Shown: positions 50,721-61,984, counted from the stretch's first letter. The stretch is DNA of 64,000 nucleotides from an uncultured Planctomycetaceae bacterium (GCA_963813715.1 CAWFAK010000005.1:1-64000); one strand, 5' to 3'. A program made the numbers and translations. The notes: a model not told the origin generated them from the letters alone.

Positions 50721-52810
50721 ATGAACGCAGCCTCCACCGCCGGCCAAAGCTCGCCGCTTGGCGCCACGGTCTGTTCTGCCGGCAGCCAACTTCAGCGTCT
50801 ACTCCCGAAGCGCTCAGGCGTGGAGCTGCTGCTCTTTGACCGCCAGGATGACAGCCGGCCCGGACGCGTCATTCCCCTCGATCCCGCGGTCAACCGCACA
50901 TACCACTACTGGCACACTTTCGTGCCGGGGGTAGCAGCCAGGCCAGATCTACGGCTACCGGGCTCAGGGGCCGTACGATCCCGCCGACGGGATGCGTTTT
51001 GACCCCACGAAAATCCTGCTGGATCCCGTATGGCCGGGGCGTCGCTGTTCCGAGGAACTACAATCGCGATGCGGCCCGCGGTCAAGGTGACAACGCCGCA
51101 ACAGCGATGAAGAGCATCGTGGTCGATCCCTCGACTTACGACTGGGAGGGGGACATGCCACTGAAACACCCCTCCTCGCGGACCATCGTCTACGAGACGC
51201 ACGTGCGCGGCTTCACGTACCACGCCAGTTCCGGCGTCGCTGAGGAATCGCGCGGCACGTTTGCCGGTCTGATCGAAAAGATTCCGTATCTCCAGCAACT
51301 CGGCATCACCGCGGTCGAATTGCTGCCGGTCTTTCAGTTCGACGCCCAGGATTGCCCACCGGGACTCGTCAACTACTGGGGCTATGCGCCCGTCTCGTTC
51401 TTCGCGCCGCACCGAGCGTACAGCTCGCGTCGGGATGCCCTTGGCCCGGTGGACGAGTTCCGCGACATGGTCAAGGCACTGCACCGAGCGGGCATCGAAG
51501 TGATCCTCGACGTGGTGTTCAACCATACCGCCGAAGGCGATCATACCGGGCCAACGCTCAGTTTTCGCGGACTGTGCAACGGCACCTACTACATCCTGGA
51601 GCAAGACCGCTCGCGCTACGCTAACTATAGCGGCACAGGGAACACGCTGAATTCCAACAATCCCATCGTCCGCCGGATGATTCTGGACAGTCTCCGCTAT
51701 TGGGTCCAAGAGATGCACGTGGATGGATTCCGTTTCGATCTGGCATCCATCCTGGAGCGGGGAGGATCAGGCCAATTGTTGCCGAACCCGCCGGTGCTCT
51801 GGGATATCGAGTCGGACCCGGCGCTCGCGGGCATAAAACTGATCGCCGAGGCGTGGGATGCGGCCGGCCTCTACCAGGTGGGCAGCTTCATCGGCGACAG
51901 TTGGCAGGAGTGGAACGGAAGATTCCGCGATGATGTCCGCAGCTTCTTTCGCGGCGAGGAGGGCTCGGTGACGCGCTTTGCGGACCGGATACTTGGCAGT
52001 CCCGAGATTTACGCTCATAAGGCACGCGAGGCGGAGCAGAGCGTCAACTTCGTGACCTGTCACGACGGCTTTACCCTGAACGATCTTGTCTCGTACGACA
52101 CGAAGCACAACGAGGCGAACGGCGAAAAAAACCGTGACGGCGCGAACGACAACCGGAGCTGGAACTGCGGGTTCGATGGCCCGACGGACGATCCCGCGGT
52201 CGAGAAACTGCGAAACCGGCAAGTGAAGAACTTCCTCACCACCACGTTGCTGTCGCTGGGTGTACCCATGATTGTCATGGGCGACGAAGCCAGACGCACC
52301 CAGCGCGGCAACAACAATGCCTACTGCCAGGACAACGAAACAAGCTGGTTCGACTGGACGCTGGTCACGAAGCACGCGGACGTGCATCGGTTCGTGACGC
52401 GGCTCGCTGCTCGCCGGCTCCTGCGATCCGCGGAGCCCGAGAGGCAGCGCGAGAGCCTCAGCCAGCTTCTCCGCGAGGCAAAGACGGTTTGGCACGGCGT
52501 CAAGCTCAACCGGCCCGACTGGAGCCCGTCATCGCACAGCCTGGCGCTCACCATCGAGGCAAAGAGAGAAAGGCTCCTCTTCTACACGATCCGGAATGCC
52601 TATTGGGAGCCGCTGGACTTCGATCTGCCACCGCTCGATCAGGAGTACGGACGCCTCTGGCGCCGATGGATCGACACCTCCCTGGATTCTCCAAACGATA
52701 TCGCCGAATGGCAACAGGCGCCGGCGGTTCCCTGCTTTACGTATCGGGCCGAGGCACACTCGGTAGTCGTGCTTTTTGCCGCGTCGGACGCTGAGCGGAG
52801 CGGTCCCTAA
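50721..52810 (+). CDS. glgX: glycogen debranching enzyme (frameshifted near the 5' end)
   Basis: [60 protein letters not shown]. Confidence 0.95.
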
Positions 52811-52990
52811 ATCTCAAACCTTTTCGCGGACGCCCCATCAAACGACCCATCTACGGGAATGTCGGTGACCACTGGATGGACCACGGCTGTTGTGTGCCGC
52901 ATAGCTTTTCGGGCCTGGGACACTCAGCTCGGGCAACCGGCGATCGGCAAAAACCCCGAGTGGGATCGCCAGAAGTCTATGCGGGCGTTC
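52808..52990 (+). repeat. degenerate copy 4 of the dispersed repeat element
   Basis: aatctcaaaccttttcgcggac (52810 onward) differs at one base from aatctcataccttttcgcggac in copy 2; gtgaccactgga ~52865 vs gtgaccaccgga in copy 2; tcggcaaaaac 52944 equals copy 3 at 9270; cagaagtct ~52970 vs cagaattct. Confidence 0.6.
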
Positions 52991-53195
52991 GCGTTGATTC
53001 CGGCTTCATTGCCTTGTCTGATTTCGGCGCCATTGGTTCAGCGAGGGCACCGATTTCAGGCAGCCTGATGAATTTCAGGTCTTAGAGACGGCGAAGCGAT
53101 GGCGACGGCATCGTCACTTAACTGCTTCCCTGCAAACAAGCGACTACTACTGATTTTGACCACGATCGCACCGCTGACGGCTAAAGAGAAGGCTC

Positions 53196-53225
53196 ACCGG
53201 GGCCGCCCCGAAGGGCGGCCCCGGT
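53196..53225 (-). terminator. intrinsic terminator of the serine recombinase gene
   Basis: Perfect 13-bp stem accggggccgccc/gggcggccccggt with a C(UUCG)G loop on the minus strand, abutting the stop codon and followed by a pyrimidine-rich run. Confidence 0.75.
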
Positions 53226-55755
53226 CATGCTGAGAGTCGCCGTCGGGATCGTCCATCCGGCCGGGTTTCGACCCTTAGAGGCGAACCACTCATCCAGCAT
53301 CTTTCGGACAGTCGTGATCGAGACCTGTAACTTCTGCTCTGCGATTTCCGTTATCGTGCAACCCGCCTCGTACAGGCTGGCCGCCAGCTCCACTTGCGTT
53401 TTGCGTCGGTCCTCGAACTTGGGCACAGGCAGATTGCGGCTCGTGTGCCACCACTCAATGGCGTTCCGCACGGTCATTTGGGTCGTCTCGAAGTCCCGGC
53501 CGATCGCGGACTCCGATTCTCCCGCCTCCCACCTCTGCTTCGCTTCATCAGCAATCCGCTTGTAGAGCGGGGTCTCGCGGACGCTTTCGTCTTAGGCCTG
53601 CTCGTCTCGGCTCTGGCAGCCGGCAGTCCACGCCGCTCGTGCCAGAAGTTGTAGAGCAGCGTAACGCGACTCGGATGAAGCTCCAGCTGTTCGGCGATCT
53701 CCCAGTTCGCCAGGCCCGTGCATCGTAAAGCTCCTTGACCTTATCGGACATCTCCAACTTCGGGTCTGGCTCTACGAAGTCGATCGCGATCTTCTCGCCG
53801 GCGCCGGCTTGCCTCCGGTAGCGTCGATTTCGTTTTCATCCAGCTGCGTGCCGTTGAGGGCGTCCGCGACTTTTCCTGTTCGCAGAACGAACTCACCCCG
53901 CAGAAACGGCCGCTTGCGGCCCGGTCGCGTGACCGCGCTGGACGACAACGTCGCCAATCAGGTTTCCCAGGGCGATGGCTGCGGCCGGGGTGCCGCTCGA
54001 CAAAACGCGGTGCAAGTTCTGGAGACCTTCGTCGACCTGCTCTGTCGTGAGCGCCTGAGGCCTCTGCGCGACCTGACGCTGCCACTTATCGATCTGCCGG
54101 CCAAGCTGGGCCTCGCTCATCCCTTCGCACTTGCAAGCGTTCCCTGACGTCGGCCGGAGCATTCCCCTCTTCGACTTGGTCAAGAAGATTGGCGATCTGG
54201 CGATCGAGTTCGCGAAGCTGATCCTGCGCTGCTTGCAAGCTCGCTCGGTACCTGGGACTGAGAGGTTTGCCATTCCCGCAACGCTGACTCGTGAACCTCC
54301 TTTCGCCATGCCGGGTCTTCAAGGATCCGCCGCCCAATCTCGGCGAGGATCAGTTTTTCGGCCAACTCTCGCGGCAACATCGTCCGGCGGCTGCAAACTC
54401 CGTCTCGAGCTCCCGGGCAAGCCAGCCCGCGCGTACCGGACACATAGAAGTACGCCCCGCACTCGCTGCAGCGGACCCGCCGCTGGAGCAAGTGCCGGGG
54501 ATGCGGCACGGTCCTTGGGCGATCCCGTGAACGTCCCCTCCTCTCCGCGAAAGTCGGCGCACTTCTGTTCGTTCTCGTCGAGGAGCTGCTGGGCTGCAGC
54601 AAAGACCTCCTCGTCAACGATCTTGAGCTCGGGCAGGTGGCGCACCCACTTCTTCCACTCGTCCTCGTCGCGAAGTTCCTTATAGATGTCGCCCGTCTCC
54701 GGATCTCGATGGTTTCGGCTGACTCCCCACTCCCAAATGCCGATGTACTTTGTCCGCCGCAGCAGATTGATGACTGCCGAGCGACCCCACTTCTTGCCCC
54801 GCGAACGCTTGTCTCTCGGTGCTTTGAGGCGATTGAGTTCGCACACGATCCAGCGGATGGGCCGCCGCTCCCGCACGAACCAATCGAAGATCTGCCTGAC
54901 CCAAGCCGCCTCGGTCTCGTTGATCACGTACTTCTTCGGAGGTCGTTCGTTGCGTCCACGGCGATGAGTCTCGACACCGGGGATCGGGACGGACCCGTAG
55001 CCGTAGGCCAGGTCGCCCACGCTATGCCCGTTAAGCAGGTTGCCGATCAGGCCCCGCATCACGTTCGCGCCGAGCGTCTTGAGATACTGCTCGTGCTGCA
55101 GGCCCAGGATCGTCGCCAGGGTAAACCAGTTATCGTTGTTCGAGTCGATCCCCTCGGTCAGGCTGACGACCCGCACTTTGTACTTGTGCACGAGCTTCTT
55201 GAGTGTCGTGGCGTTGATAATGCTCTCGCGGGCGAGCCGGCTCAGGTCGAACACGTAGAGGGTGTCGAACAGCCCCGCTTGCGCCGCGGCGAGCATCCGG
55301 TCGAAGCCGTCACGACGCAGCTTGGCTCCCGAGACGCCCTCATCAAAGAACTCGAGCTCTGTGGGAAGCTGGTTGCCGTCTCGGGCCGCGCGCTCCCGGC
55401 AGGGGCGCTGTTGGTCGCTGATGCTCTTGGGATCTTGCAGCTCGTCCGAGCTGAAGCGGGCGTACGAGGCGGCGACGTTTCGCCGGCGGGAGTCGTCGGA
55501 CTTTTTTCGGCGCCGGAGCCGCGGGTGGACTACGAAAGTCGGGGCGGAGAGTGAGAGCTCGACGGCCCCCGGCACCTGCGACTGTGCTGAAAGTGTGCTG
55601 AGAACGATGCCAAATAACGCCAAGCAACCGCAAACAACCGGTACTGACTGGAAGAGCCTAACTCGAAGCCTTTTTAGGCCTTTGGTCGCAAATCGGAGTC
55701 TGCGATGCAGGTTGCGAAAAACGCCCCGAACGAATCCCCCTCTCTCCGCTTGCAT
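53225..55755 (-). CDS. large serine recombinase (resolvase, recombinase, Zn-ribbon, coiled coil, tandem HTH-like tail; frameshifted)
   Basis: YARFSS catalytic motif, SISDQ, DEGVSG, RDGFDRML, DLSRLAR, YGY, RCSECG..LACPGA.DGVC; the tail ends PDGRSRRRLSA* at 53225. Confidence 0.88.
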
Positions 55756-55756
55756 T

Positions 55757-55948
55757 TCATCGCTTTTCCGATCCGCAAGCTCTGTCTAGGCTTGCGATTC
55801 TCGGATTGATTGACACGGTCAATTGTGCCAAGACTGTGCCAATCAAACTGGCGGCCGAGCGTTGCGCTGTTGTGGCTCCTGCCTCATCATTTGCCTTCAT
55901 GCTCGGGCCGCCACGCTTCTCCGCAAGGGTCAACTTCGGCCTCGGCAT
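55757..55948 (-). CDS. small hypothetical protein (63 aa) immediately upstream of the recombinase
   Basis: Strong RBS aaagggagg then MPRPKLTLAEKRGGP...; its stop lies 1 nt before the recombinase ATG. Confidence 0.55.
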   Translation of the reverse strand: MPRPKLTLAEKRGGPSMKANDEAGATTAQRSAASLIGTVLAQLTVSINPRIASLDRACGSEKR

Positions 55949-55964
55949 CCTCCCTTTCGTAGAG

Positions 55965-56215
55965 TCAAGAATGCTCGCCAACGGCCACGCGGCCGCTGGC
56001 ATCACCAAAACAATCGATCCGCTGCATCTGACGTCGGTTTTCGTCATCGTGCAGATGAAAATAATGTCGAACTCATTTTCGAGCTGAAATACCCCAGCCA
56101 GGACATTGCCGTATGATCGGGTGTGCCGGCTTGCGCTGCCACACTGCGAAAGTAATGACGAAAGGAATGCAGGCGCCCGTGCTCGAAGCCGATGGTGCCT
56201 GTTGTCGTTGGGGAT
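55965..56215 (-). pseudogene. tyrosine recombinase/integrase C-terminal remnant
   Basis: Manual translation: GFEHGRLHSFRHYFRSVAAQAGTPDHTAMSWLGYFSSKM/RHYFHLHDDENRRQMQRID; HxxR box, LG(H->Y) and the catalytic Tyr are present; the 5' part is absent; one frameshift. Confidence 0.75.
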
Positions 56216-56307
56216 CACTCCTTCAATTTGTCGAGCATGTCGCGGATCAGATTAAATTGTTTGGGCTCGGTCGATCCAAATGGTACTTTGACGACGGCGC
56301 AAGCCGC

Positions 56308-56457
56308 ATGACGCATCCTGGTCGCGGGCCGGGAGCAGCTGCGTTGAAAGCACTCGGCGACTTATTTTTCAGAGTCCTTTTCGTTGTCGCGGTTCTGTAC
56401 GTTGTCCTCTGCCTGCTACGCTGGCTGACTGGCTGGAACATTTCGCTTCGCCCGTGA
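56308..56457 (+). CDS. small putative membrane peptide (49 aa)
   Basis: One strongly hydrophobic segment LFFRVLFVVAVLYVVLCLL; weak RBS. Confidence 0.35.
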   Translation: MTHPGRGPGAAALKALGDLFFRVLFVVAVLYVVLCLLRWLTGWNISLRP

Positions 56458-56618
56458 GGCAGCCCGATGTCGAGGCGTGGAAACGCTCGGGTCAGCTGTG
56501 GTTCGGCCGCGAGAATGACGGCATGAAGATGATCGGAAAACCCTTTGGCGACGTCCTCTGGGACGTCTGCGCGGGGGTCTTTCCCGGCATCGCGAACGAG
56601 AACGCGAAGGGTGGCTAA

Positions 56619-56981
56619 GTGATTTCGTTCGACACAGTGCGGGAGATTGCCGGAGGGCTCCCCGGGGCCGTCGAGGGAACGTCTTACGGAACGCCGGCAT
56701 TTCACGTAGGCAAGACACTATTCGTCCGCCAACACCAGGACGGCGAGTCGCTGGTAGTCAGGATCGAGTCGGAGGAGCGTGCTGTGCGTGTTGCCGCTGA
56801 TCCTAAGACCTACTCGGTCACCGATCATTACGTCAACTACCCATGGGTCCTGGTGAGGATGGCAAGTGTCCGGCGACGGGAACTAAAGGAATTGCTCAAG
56901 GACGCATGGCGCCTCGGCGCGACCCAGGGTGACGTTGGTACGCGCAGGCCAAGAAAAGGACGCGGCCGCCGGGCCACGTAG
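56619..56981 (+). CDS. MmcQ/YjbR-family protein
   Basis: LPGAVEGTSYGTPAFHVGK.LF...TDHYVNYPWVLVR...ELLKDAWR. Confidence 0.85.
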   Translation: MISFDTVREIAGGLPGAVEGTSYGTPAFHVGKTLFVRQHQDGESLVVRIESEERAVRVAADPKTYSVTDHYVNYPWVLVRMASVRRRELKELLKDAWRLGATQGDVGTRRPRKGRGRRAT

Positions 56982-57034
56982 CGTGGCGAGCAATGCATCC
57001 TGACGGCGCAGCAAACGAAGGAACGCAACGACCG

Positions 57035-57256
57035 CTAACCGCCGCTGCGCCGATAGTTGAAGGGCTGTTTCGTCTTTGTGGAAAGGGAATTGGTCTTGGG
57101 GACAGCCACGGCGGCAGTGAAGATGTTCGTCTTGCGACTACTCTTTGAGTTCTCGCCAGCGGTTTGATCCTGATCCCGCTTTTGGGCGGCGGCATGTTTC
57201 TTCTCGGCGACACGCCGCTCTCGTTCCTTCTTCTTCTGTTGTTTGTTCTTCGCCAC
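57035..57256 (-). CDS. small basic hypothetical protein
   Basis: RBS gggag plus GTG; MAKNKQQKKKERERRVAEKK...FNYRRSGG. Confidence 0.6.
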   Translation of the reverse strand: MAKNKQQKKKERERRVAEKKHAAAQKRDQDQTAGENSKSSRKTNIFTAAVAVPKTNSLSTKTKQPFNYRRSGG

Positions 57257-57481
57257 TGGCTCGTCTCCCGCAACGTGACTGTCCCTTGATCGGCGTCAGT
57301 GTAACGTCTGGCGCTGAAGAATCGTAGCTCCGAGCTGCGGCGTTTTGGTCACCGAGTTGCAGCGCACCGTTCGCCCGCTCAGCCGGGCTTAGGGCGACAA
57401 GCGGCTCAGCATCGTCTAAAAGCCCGCTACCGGAAACAGAAAAGGACCAGAGCAAGGAAACTCGTCCGTGTCGCGAACCAA

Positions 57482-59854
57482 TTACGACCAGGAAAGGTTG
57501 TGATTTCTGATCGGCAGGTCGCGAATCCGCTTCCCGGTCGCGGCAAAGATCGCGTTGCAGAGAGCGGGTGCCGTCGAAGGAACGCCCGTTTCGCCCACTC
57601 CAGCCGGCGCAGCTTCGCTGGGAACAATATCCACAAGGATGTCTTTGGGCGCCTCGCTCATTTTGGCGACGTGGAAGGAATCGAAATTCGCCTGCACGGT
57701 GCGTCCCTGCTTGAAGGTCAGTTCCCCAAAGACTGCGTGGGAGCAAGCCATGACGGCTGCGCCCTGAACTTGAGCCGACACGCGGTCGGGGATGACGATC
57801 GTCCCGGAGTCGATCGAACACCAAACTCGATCGATGCTGAGTTTTCCATCGCGACTGACCGTGACTTCCACGACATGGCCGGTGTAACCCAGGAACGATC
57901 GACAGCACGCAATGCCCAGCCCACGCCCCTTTGGCAAAGATTTATGCCGAGACCAATCAGCGTCCTTGGCCACCCGCCGCACGACGTTCTTGAGTCGGCC
58001 AATATCGTAGGGGTAATCCTTGGCGTCTGCGCCGCGATTTGAGAGCTTGGCGGCGGCCAGGTCGATCATGCGATCGTCACCCAAGGCGTCGAGCAAATAC
58101 TCGAGGGGATCGCGACCGGCGGCATGGGCCAGTTCGTCGACGAATGATCCGACAGCGAAGTTTTGCTGGATGTGGCAGACCGAACGCAACCATCCGATGC
58201 GCGTGTGGGCCTTGGCACGACACACCTCCAACTGCAAGTTGGGAACGTCGTACGGCAAATCGGTATGGCCCATTTCGGCTTCAAAACCTGCGGGGCGGTC
58301 GGCTCCCTTGGAAAACGTGGAGCCGATGCTCGGATAGGCGACGCGTTGCAACCACGCTAGCGGACGTCCGTTGTCGCCAACAGCCGCTTCGCAGTGGATC
58401 GCCGAAATGGTGTGATAGTAATCGTGCTGTATGTCGTCTTCGCGGGTCCAAGTCATATGAACAGGGCGTTTCAATTCCCGCGAGAGCAAGGCCGCCTCGA
58501 CACAGTAATCGGGCTTGCTCTTTCGCCCGAAACCAGAGCCGAGCAACGTGACGTCGACTTCGACCTGGTCGTTAGGGATGCCCATCGCCGGGCCTACGGA
58601 TTGTTGGACCGCTTGCGGGTTCTGGGTCGCGGCCTGCAGGTAGCATTTGGTGACTTTGCCGTGGGCGTCCGTTCGCACATCCGCCACCGCGCAGGTCGTT
58701 TCCATCGAGGCGTGAGCCAGGTGCGGGACGGAGTAGTCCGCTTTGACGACTTTTGTCGCGCCGGCAATTGCCTTCGCAGCATCTCCCGAGGAACGCAGCG
58801 CGGTCCCCGGTCGATTGACCGTTTCTTTCAGCGACTTGGCAAACTGTGCCGTATCGTAGGACGCGTTTTCTCCGTGCTCCCATTCGATCTTGAGCGCCTC
58901 GCGACCCTGAATCGCGGCCCAGGTGCTGGTCGCGCACACGGCGACGCCGCCCAACGGTTGAAAGACCGGTGCGCCCTTGAAACCCGGCAGTTTGATTACC
59001 GCGACCACGCCAGCCATCGCTTTGGCAGCCGAATCATCCAGAGACTTCAGTTTGCCTCCGACGACTGGAGGGCGTGCCGCGACGGCAAAGAGTTGATTCT
59101 CCAGGCGGGCGTCGATTCCATAAACCGCGCGGCCGGTGACGATTTTCGTCAAATCGGTAATCGGCGCGTCCTTGCCGATATACCTCCACTTCTCACGCGG
59201 CTTGAATTTCACGCTCTGCTTCGCGGGAATCTCCAACTTCCGCGCAACCGCGACAAGGTCGCCGAACCCCAGCGATCTGCCGGTCCCTTTGTGTTTGACC
59301 CGATGCAGCTCGGCGTAACATTCGCTGGGATCGACCTTCCACTGTTGTGCCGCGGCCCGCTCCAACATCGTTCTCGCGATGGCCCCCGCGGTTCGCATCG
59401 TGTCGAAGAAGAAGCGAATGCTGTTGGAGCCGTCGGTGTTTTGATCGCCCAGCCGCTTGTCCCCCTGCGCCTGTCGAATGACGACACGAGACCAGTCCGC
59501 CTCCAGCTCGTCGGCCAGAACGCGGGGCAGACCCGTGCGAATCCCGGTGCCCATCTCTGAGCGATGCGCGAGAATCGTCACCGTGCCATCGGGCGCGATG
59601 GAAACCCACAAGTCCGGCGCGAACGCATCCGCATTGACTTTGGCGGGGTCGGCGACCTCGGCGGTGTTTGCCGCACCGACGCGGCACATCAGCAAGAGTG
59701 ATCCGGCGGAAAGTCCCGCCAGGAAACCGCGACGCGTAATTGGATTCGAGACCGCCGCATCGAGGACCGCTGACGGGGCCGGGCGGACTTCGGTCTTGAG
59801 ACGATTCTGCTCGATCAGTTCGCGAAGCGTGAGTTCGGAGATTGGCTTGCTCAC
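57482..59854 (-). CDS. xanthine dehydrogenase-family molybdopterin subunit (IorB-like)
   Basis: TRRGFL twin-arginine-like motif, [53 protein letters not shown]; intact ORF. Confidence 0.93.
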   Translation of the reverse strand: MSKPISELTLRELIEQNRLKTEVRPAPSAVLDAAVSNPITRRGFLAGLSAGSLLLMCRVGAANTAEVADPAKVNADAFAPDLWVSIAPDGTVTILAHRSEMGTGIRTGLPRVLADELEADWSRVVIRQAQGDKRLGDQNTDGSNSIRFFFDTMRTAGAIARTMLERAAAQQWKVDPSECYAELHRVKHKGTGRSLGFGDLVAVARKLEIPAKQSVKFKPREKWRYIGKDAPITDLTKIVTGRAVYGIDARLENQLFAVAARPPVVGGKLKSLDDSAAKAMAGVVAVIKLPGFKGAPVFQPLGGVAVCATSTWAAIQGREALKIEWEHGENASYDTAQFAKSLKETVNRPGTALRSSGDAAKAIAGATKVVKADYSVPHLAHASMETTCAVADVRTDAHGKVTKCYLQAATQNPQAVQQSVGPAMGIPNDQVEVDVTLLGSGFGRKSKPDYCVEAALLSRELKRPVHMTWTREDDIQHDYYHTISAIHCEAAVGDNGRPLAWLQRVAYPSIGSTFSKGADRPAGFEAEMGHTDLPYDVPNLQLEVCRAKAHTRIGWLRSVCHIQQNFAVGSFVDELAHAAGRDPLEYLLDALGDDRMIDLAAAKLSNRGADAKDYPYDIGRLKNVVRRVAKDADWSRHKSLPKGRGLGIACCRSFLGYTGHVVEVTVSRDGKLSIDRVWCSIDSGTIVIPDRVSAQVQGAAVMACSHAVFGELTFKQGRTVQANFDSFHVAKMSEAPKDILVDIVPSEAAPAGVGETGVPSTAPALCNAIFAATGKRIRDLPIRNHNLSWS

Positions 59855-60309
59855 TTGCGCAGCTCCTTTCCGGCAGTCTTGATCGCGGCGCGAATCCGCG
59901 GATAGGTGCCGCAACGACAGATGTTCCACATCTGTGCTTCGATTTCCTGATCGGACGGATTGTTGTTCTTGCGCAAAAGCTCGGCCGCCATCATCATCTG
60001 GCCAGCCTGGCAGTACCCGCACTGCGGAACGTTGTGCTCGATCCAGGCTTTCTGGACGGGATGATCGCCGTGCTGCGAGAGCCCCTCGATGGTGACGAAT
60101 TTCGAGTTGCCGACGTCGGCCAGCGAGGTCACGCAGGACTGAACGGCAGCGCCGTCAACATGAACGGTACAAGCCCCGCACTCGGAGATGCCGCATCCGT
60201 ACTTCGTTCCGGTCAGCCCCAGGTGATCGCGGAGCACCCACAAGAGCGGGGTGTCGCCGGGGACGTCCTTCAACTCATGGTTTTTGCCATTGACGTTGAT
60301 TTTTGTCAT
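59851..60309 (-). CDS. (2Fe-2S)-binding subunit (IorA-like)
   Basis: [40 protein letters not shown]. Confidence 0.95.
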   Translation of the reverse strand: MTKINVNGKNHELKDVPGDTPLLWVLRDHLGLTGTKYGCGISECGACTVHVDGAAVQSCVTSLADVGNSKFVTIEGLSQHGDHPVQKAWIEHNVPQCGYCQAGQMMMAAELLRKNNNPSDQEIEAQMWNICRCGTYPRIRAAIKTAGKELRK

Positions 60310-60384
60310 GGGACGCAACCCTCCAAGGCAGTCACGAAATGTTCGCGATTCCAATTCCGGAACATGATCTCGGCCGACAGGGCA

Positions 60385-61110
60385 TCACTCGAAAGTCCGC
60401 TCCGCACAATCGAGAAGGTCTGGGTTGATCGAGTGGGACGGCATCGCCGGACTGTTTTTCGCAAACAGGCGTGCGGCCGCGGCATACTCCTTCGGCGTGT
60501 CGATGTCGGCCATCTTTTCGGGTGATACGGGAAACTCCACGTTCACCGCGGCGGCGCGATCGACCAGGCAATTGATTCCCTGGTCCGCTCTCAATAATTC
60601 TATTTGACTGGCCATCGACCAGGGAAACAAGACCGGATGACCACGCCGTCCCTGATAGGTGGGCACGATCACGCGATCGCCTGGATCTGGTTCTCGCATG
60701 GCGTCGTGGCGTTCGGCTTCACTGATCAGGTGATCGATCAGGTCGGATGTGATTCCTGGGATATCCGCCGGACAGACAAAGAAGCGATCCCACGCCGAGG
60801 GCGAATAATGCTGAGCGAGGTATTTTAACCCCAGCATGCACGAGGCCTTCATGTCGCTCGGGTCATCCGCCATGACGATGTCGATACCATGGGACTTGCA
60901 AATCTGCTTGACTGCCGCGTCCGCATCGGTCCGAATGACGATGATTGTTCGCTGGACGCCGGATGCGGTCCATGCCTCTAAGACATGGTCGAGCAGCGTT
61001 GAGTTCGTGTCTCCGGTTCCTCGCCAGGATAACAACAACTTCGACCGGCCCATTCTTTCACTTCGGCCCGCCGCGGGGATAATGGCATAAGAGCTTGGTT
61101 GTCGACTCAT
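60385..61110 (-). CDS. mocA: molybdenum cofactor cytidylyltransferase-like NTP transferase
   Basis: IPAAGRSERMGRSKLLL, CPADIP, GRRGHPVLF, DIDTP..Y; adjacent to the molybdoenzyme genes. Confidence 0.8.
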   Translation of the reverse strand: MSRQPSSYAIIPAAGRSERMGRSKLLLSWRGTGDTNSTLLDHVLEAWTASGVQRTIIVIRTDADAAVKQICKSHGIDIVMADDPSDMKASCMLGLKYLAQHYSPSAWDRFFVCPADIPGITSDLIDHLISEAERHDAMREPDPGDRVIVPTYQGRRGHPVLFPWSMASQIELLRADQGINCLVDRAAAVNVEFPVSPEKMADIDTPKEYAAAARLFAKNSPAMPSHSINPDLLDCAERTFE

Positions 61111-61168
61111 CGACAGGATCTCTGAGTGTTTGGGGCGCGAGAACGATAAGCGATCGAGAACGAAGAAG

Positions 61169-61984
61169 ATGAGTTACGATATTGCCGAACACTTGCAGGT
61201 CGCGGCCGATTTACTCGAACACGACGAATCGTTTGCAACGGTGACTTTGTTGGCGATTCGCGGAAGCGCTCCTCAAATTGCTGGCGCGAAGGCAATTGTA
61301 ACGGATCAGGGGATCGTTGCCGGAACCGTCGGCGGAGGAAAGATCGAAAACGCCGCGATCGAATATGCAAAGAAAACGCTATCGGAGTTTGACGGGCCAA
61401 CGACCGTGGTCGAAACCTGGAATCTCCAGACACAGATCGGCATGACTTGTGGTGGAGAAGTCACCCTGTTTTTTGAATTCCACCGGCGTGTCGCCTGGCC
61501 AATCGCCGTGTTCGGTGCCGGACATGTCGCCCAGGCGCTCATCCCACTGTTACTCAAACTCAACTGTCAGATCACGTGCATCGATTCGCGAAACGATTGG
61601 ATCGAAAAACTCCCCGACAGCCCCAGGCTCTGCAAGAGATGTCTTCCTGATCCAAAGTCGGTGCTGCCCGAGTTGGCCAGTAACACGTTCTTTGTTTTGA
61701 TGAGTAAAGGACACGCCACCGATCTGCCGGTGCTGGCTGAAGTCCTTCGCTCTCGCACTGCCCCCTATGTTGGCGTGATTGGCAGTGCACAGAAGGCGAG
61801 TGTTCTTCGGCGAGACCTGATGCAATTGGGAATCGGCGAGGATCGTATCGACAGTTTCCATTGTCCCATCGGATTGCCGCTGGGGAACAACACACCTGCC
61901 GAGATTGCCATCAGCGTAGCGGCACAACTGATTCAAGTTCGGGATCAACTCGGTGTGTTCGACCACAGAAGCAAGTCATTTTAG
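61169..61984 (+). CDS. xdhC: xanthine dehydrogenase accessory protein
   Basis: RGSAPQ..GAK, GTVGGG, GMTCGG, FGAGHV, YVGVIGS, CPIGL, PAEIAISVAAQL. Confidence 0.92.
   Translation: MSYDIAEHLQVAADLLEHDESFATVTLLAIRGSAPQIAGAKAIVTDQGIVAGTVGGGKIENAAIEYAKKTLSEFDGPTTVVETWNLQTQIGMTCGGEVTLFFEFHRRVAWPIAVFGAGHVAQALIPLLLKLNCQITCIDSRNDWIEKLPDSPRLCKRCLPDPKSVLPELASNTFFVLMSKGHATDLPVLAEVLRSRTAPYVGVIGSAQKASVLRRDLMQLGIGEDRIDSFHCPIGLPLGNNTPAEIAISVAAQLIQVRDQLGVFDHRSKSF

Noticed and set aside
53098..53150. Fluoride riboswitch-like string (ggcgacgg..tcgtca..taactgc..gactactac)
   Set aside because: The pseudoknot pairing and the UGAUGAC core are missing, and there is no downstream plus-strand gene.
58394..59560. Long antisense ORFs (e.g. 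58394..59560, 22936..23874, 31967..32878)
   Set aside because: Shadow frames opposite well-supported genes, expected at high GC.
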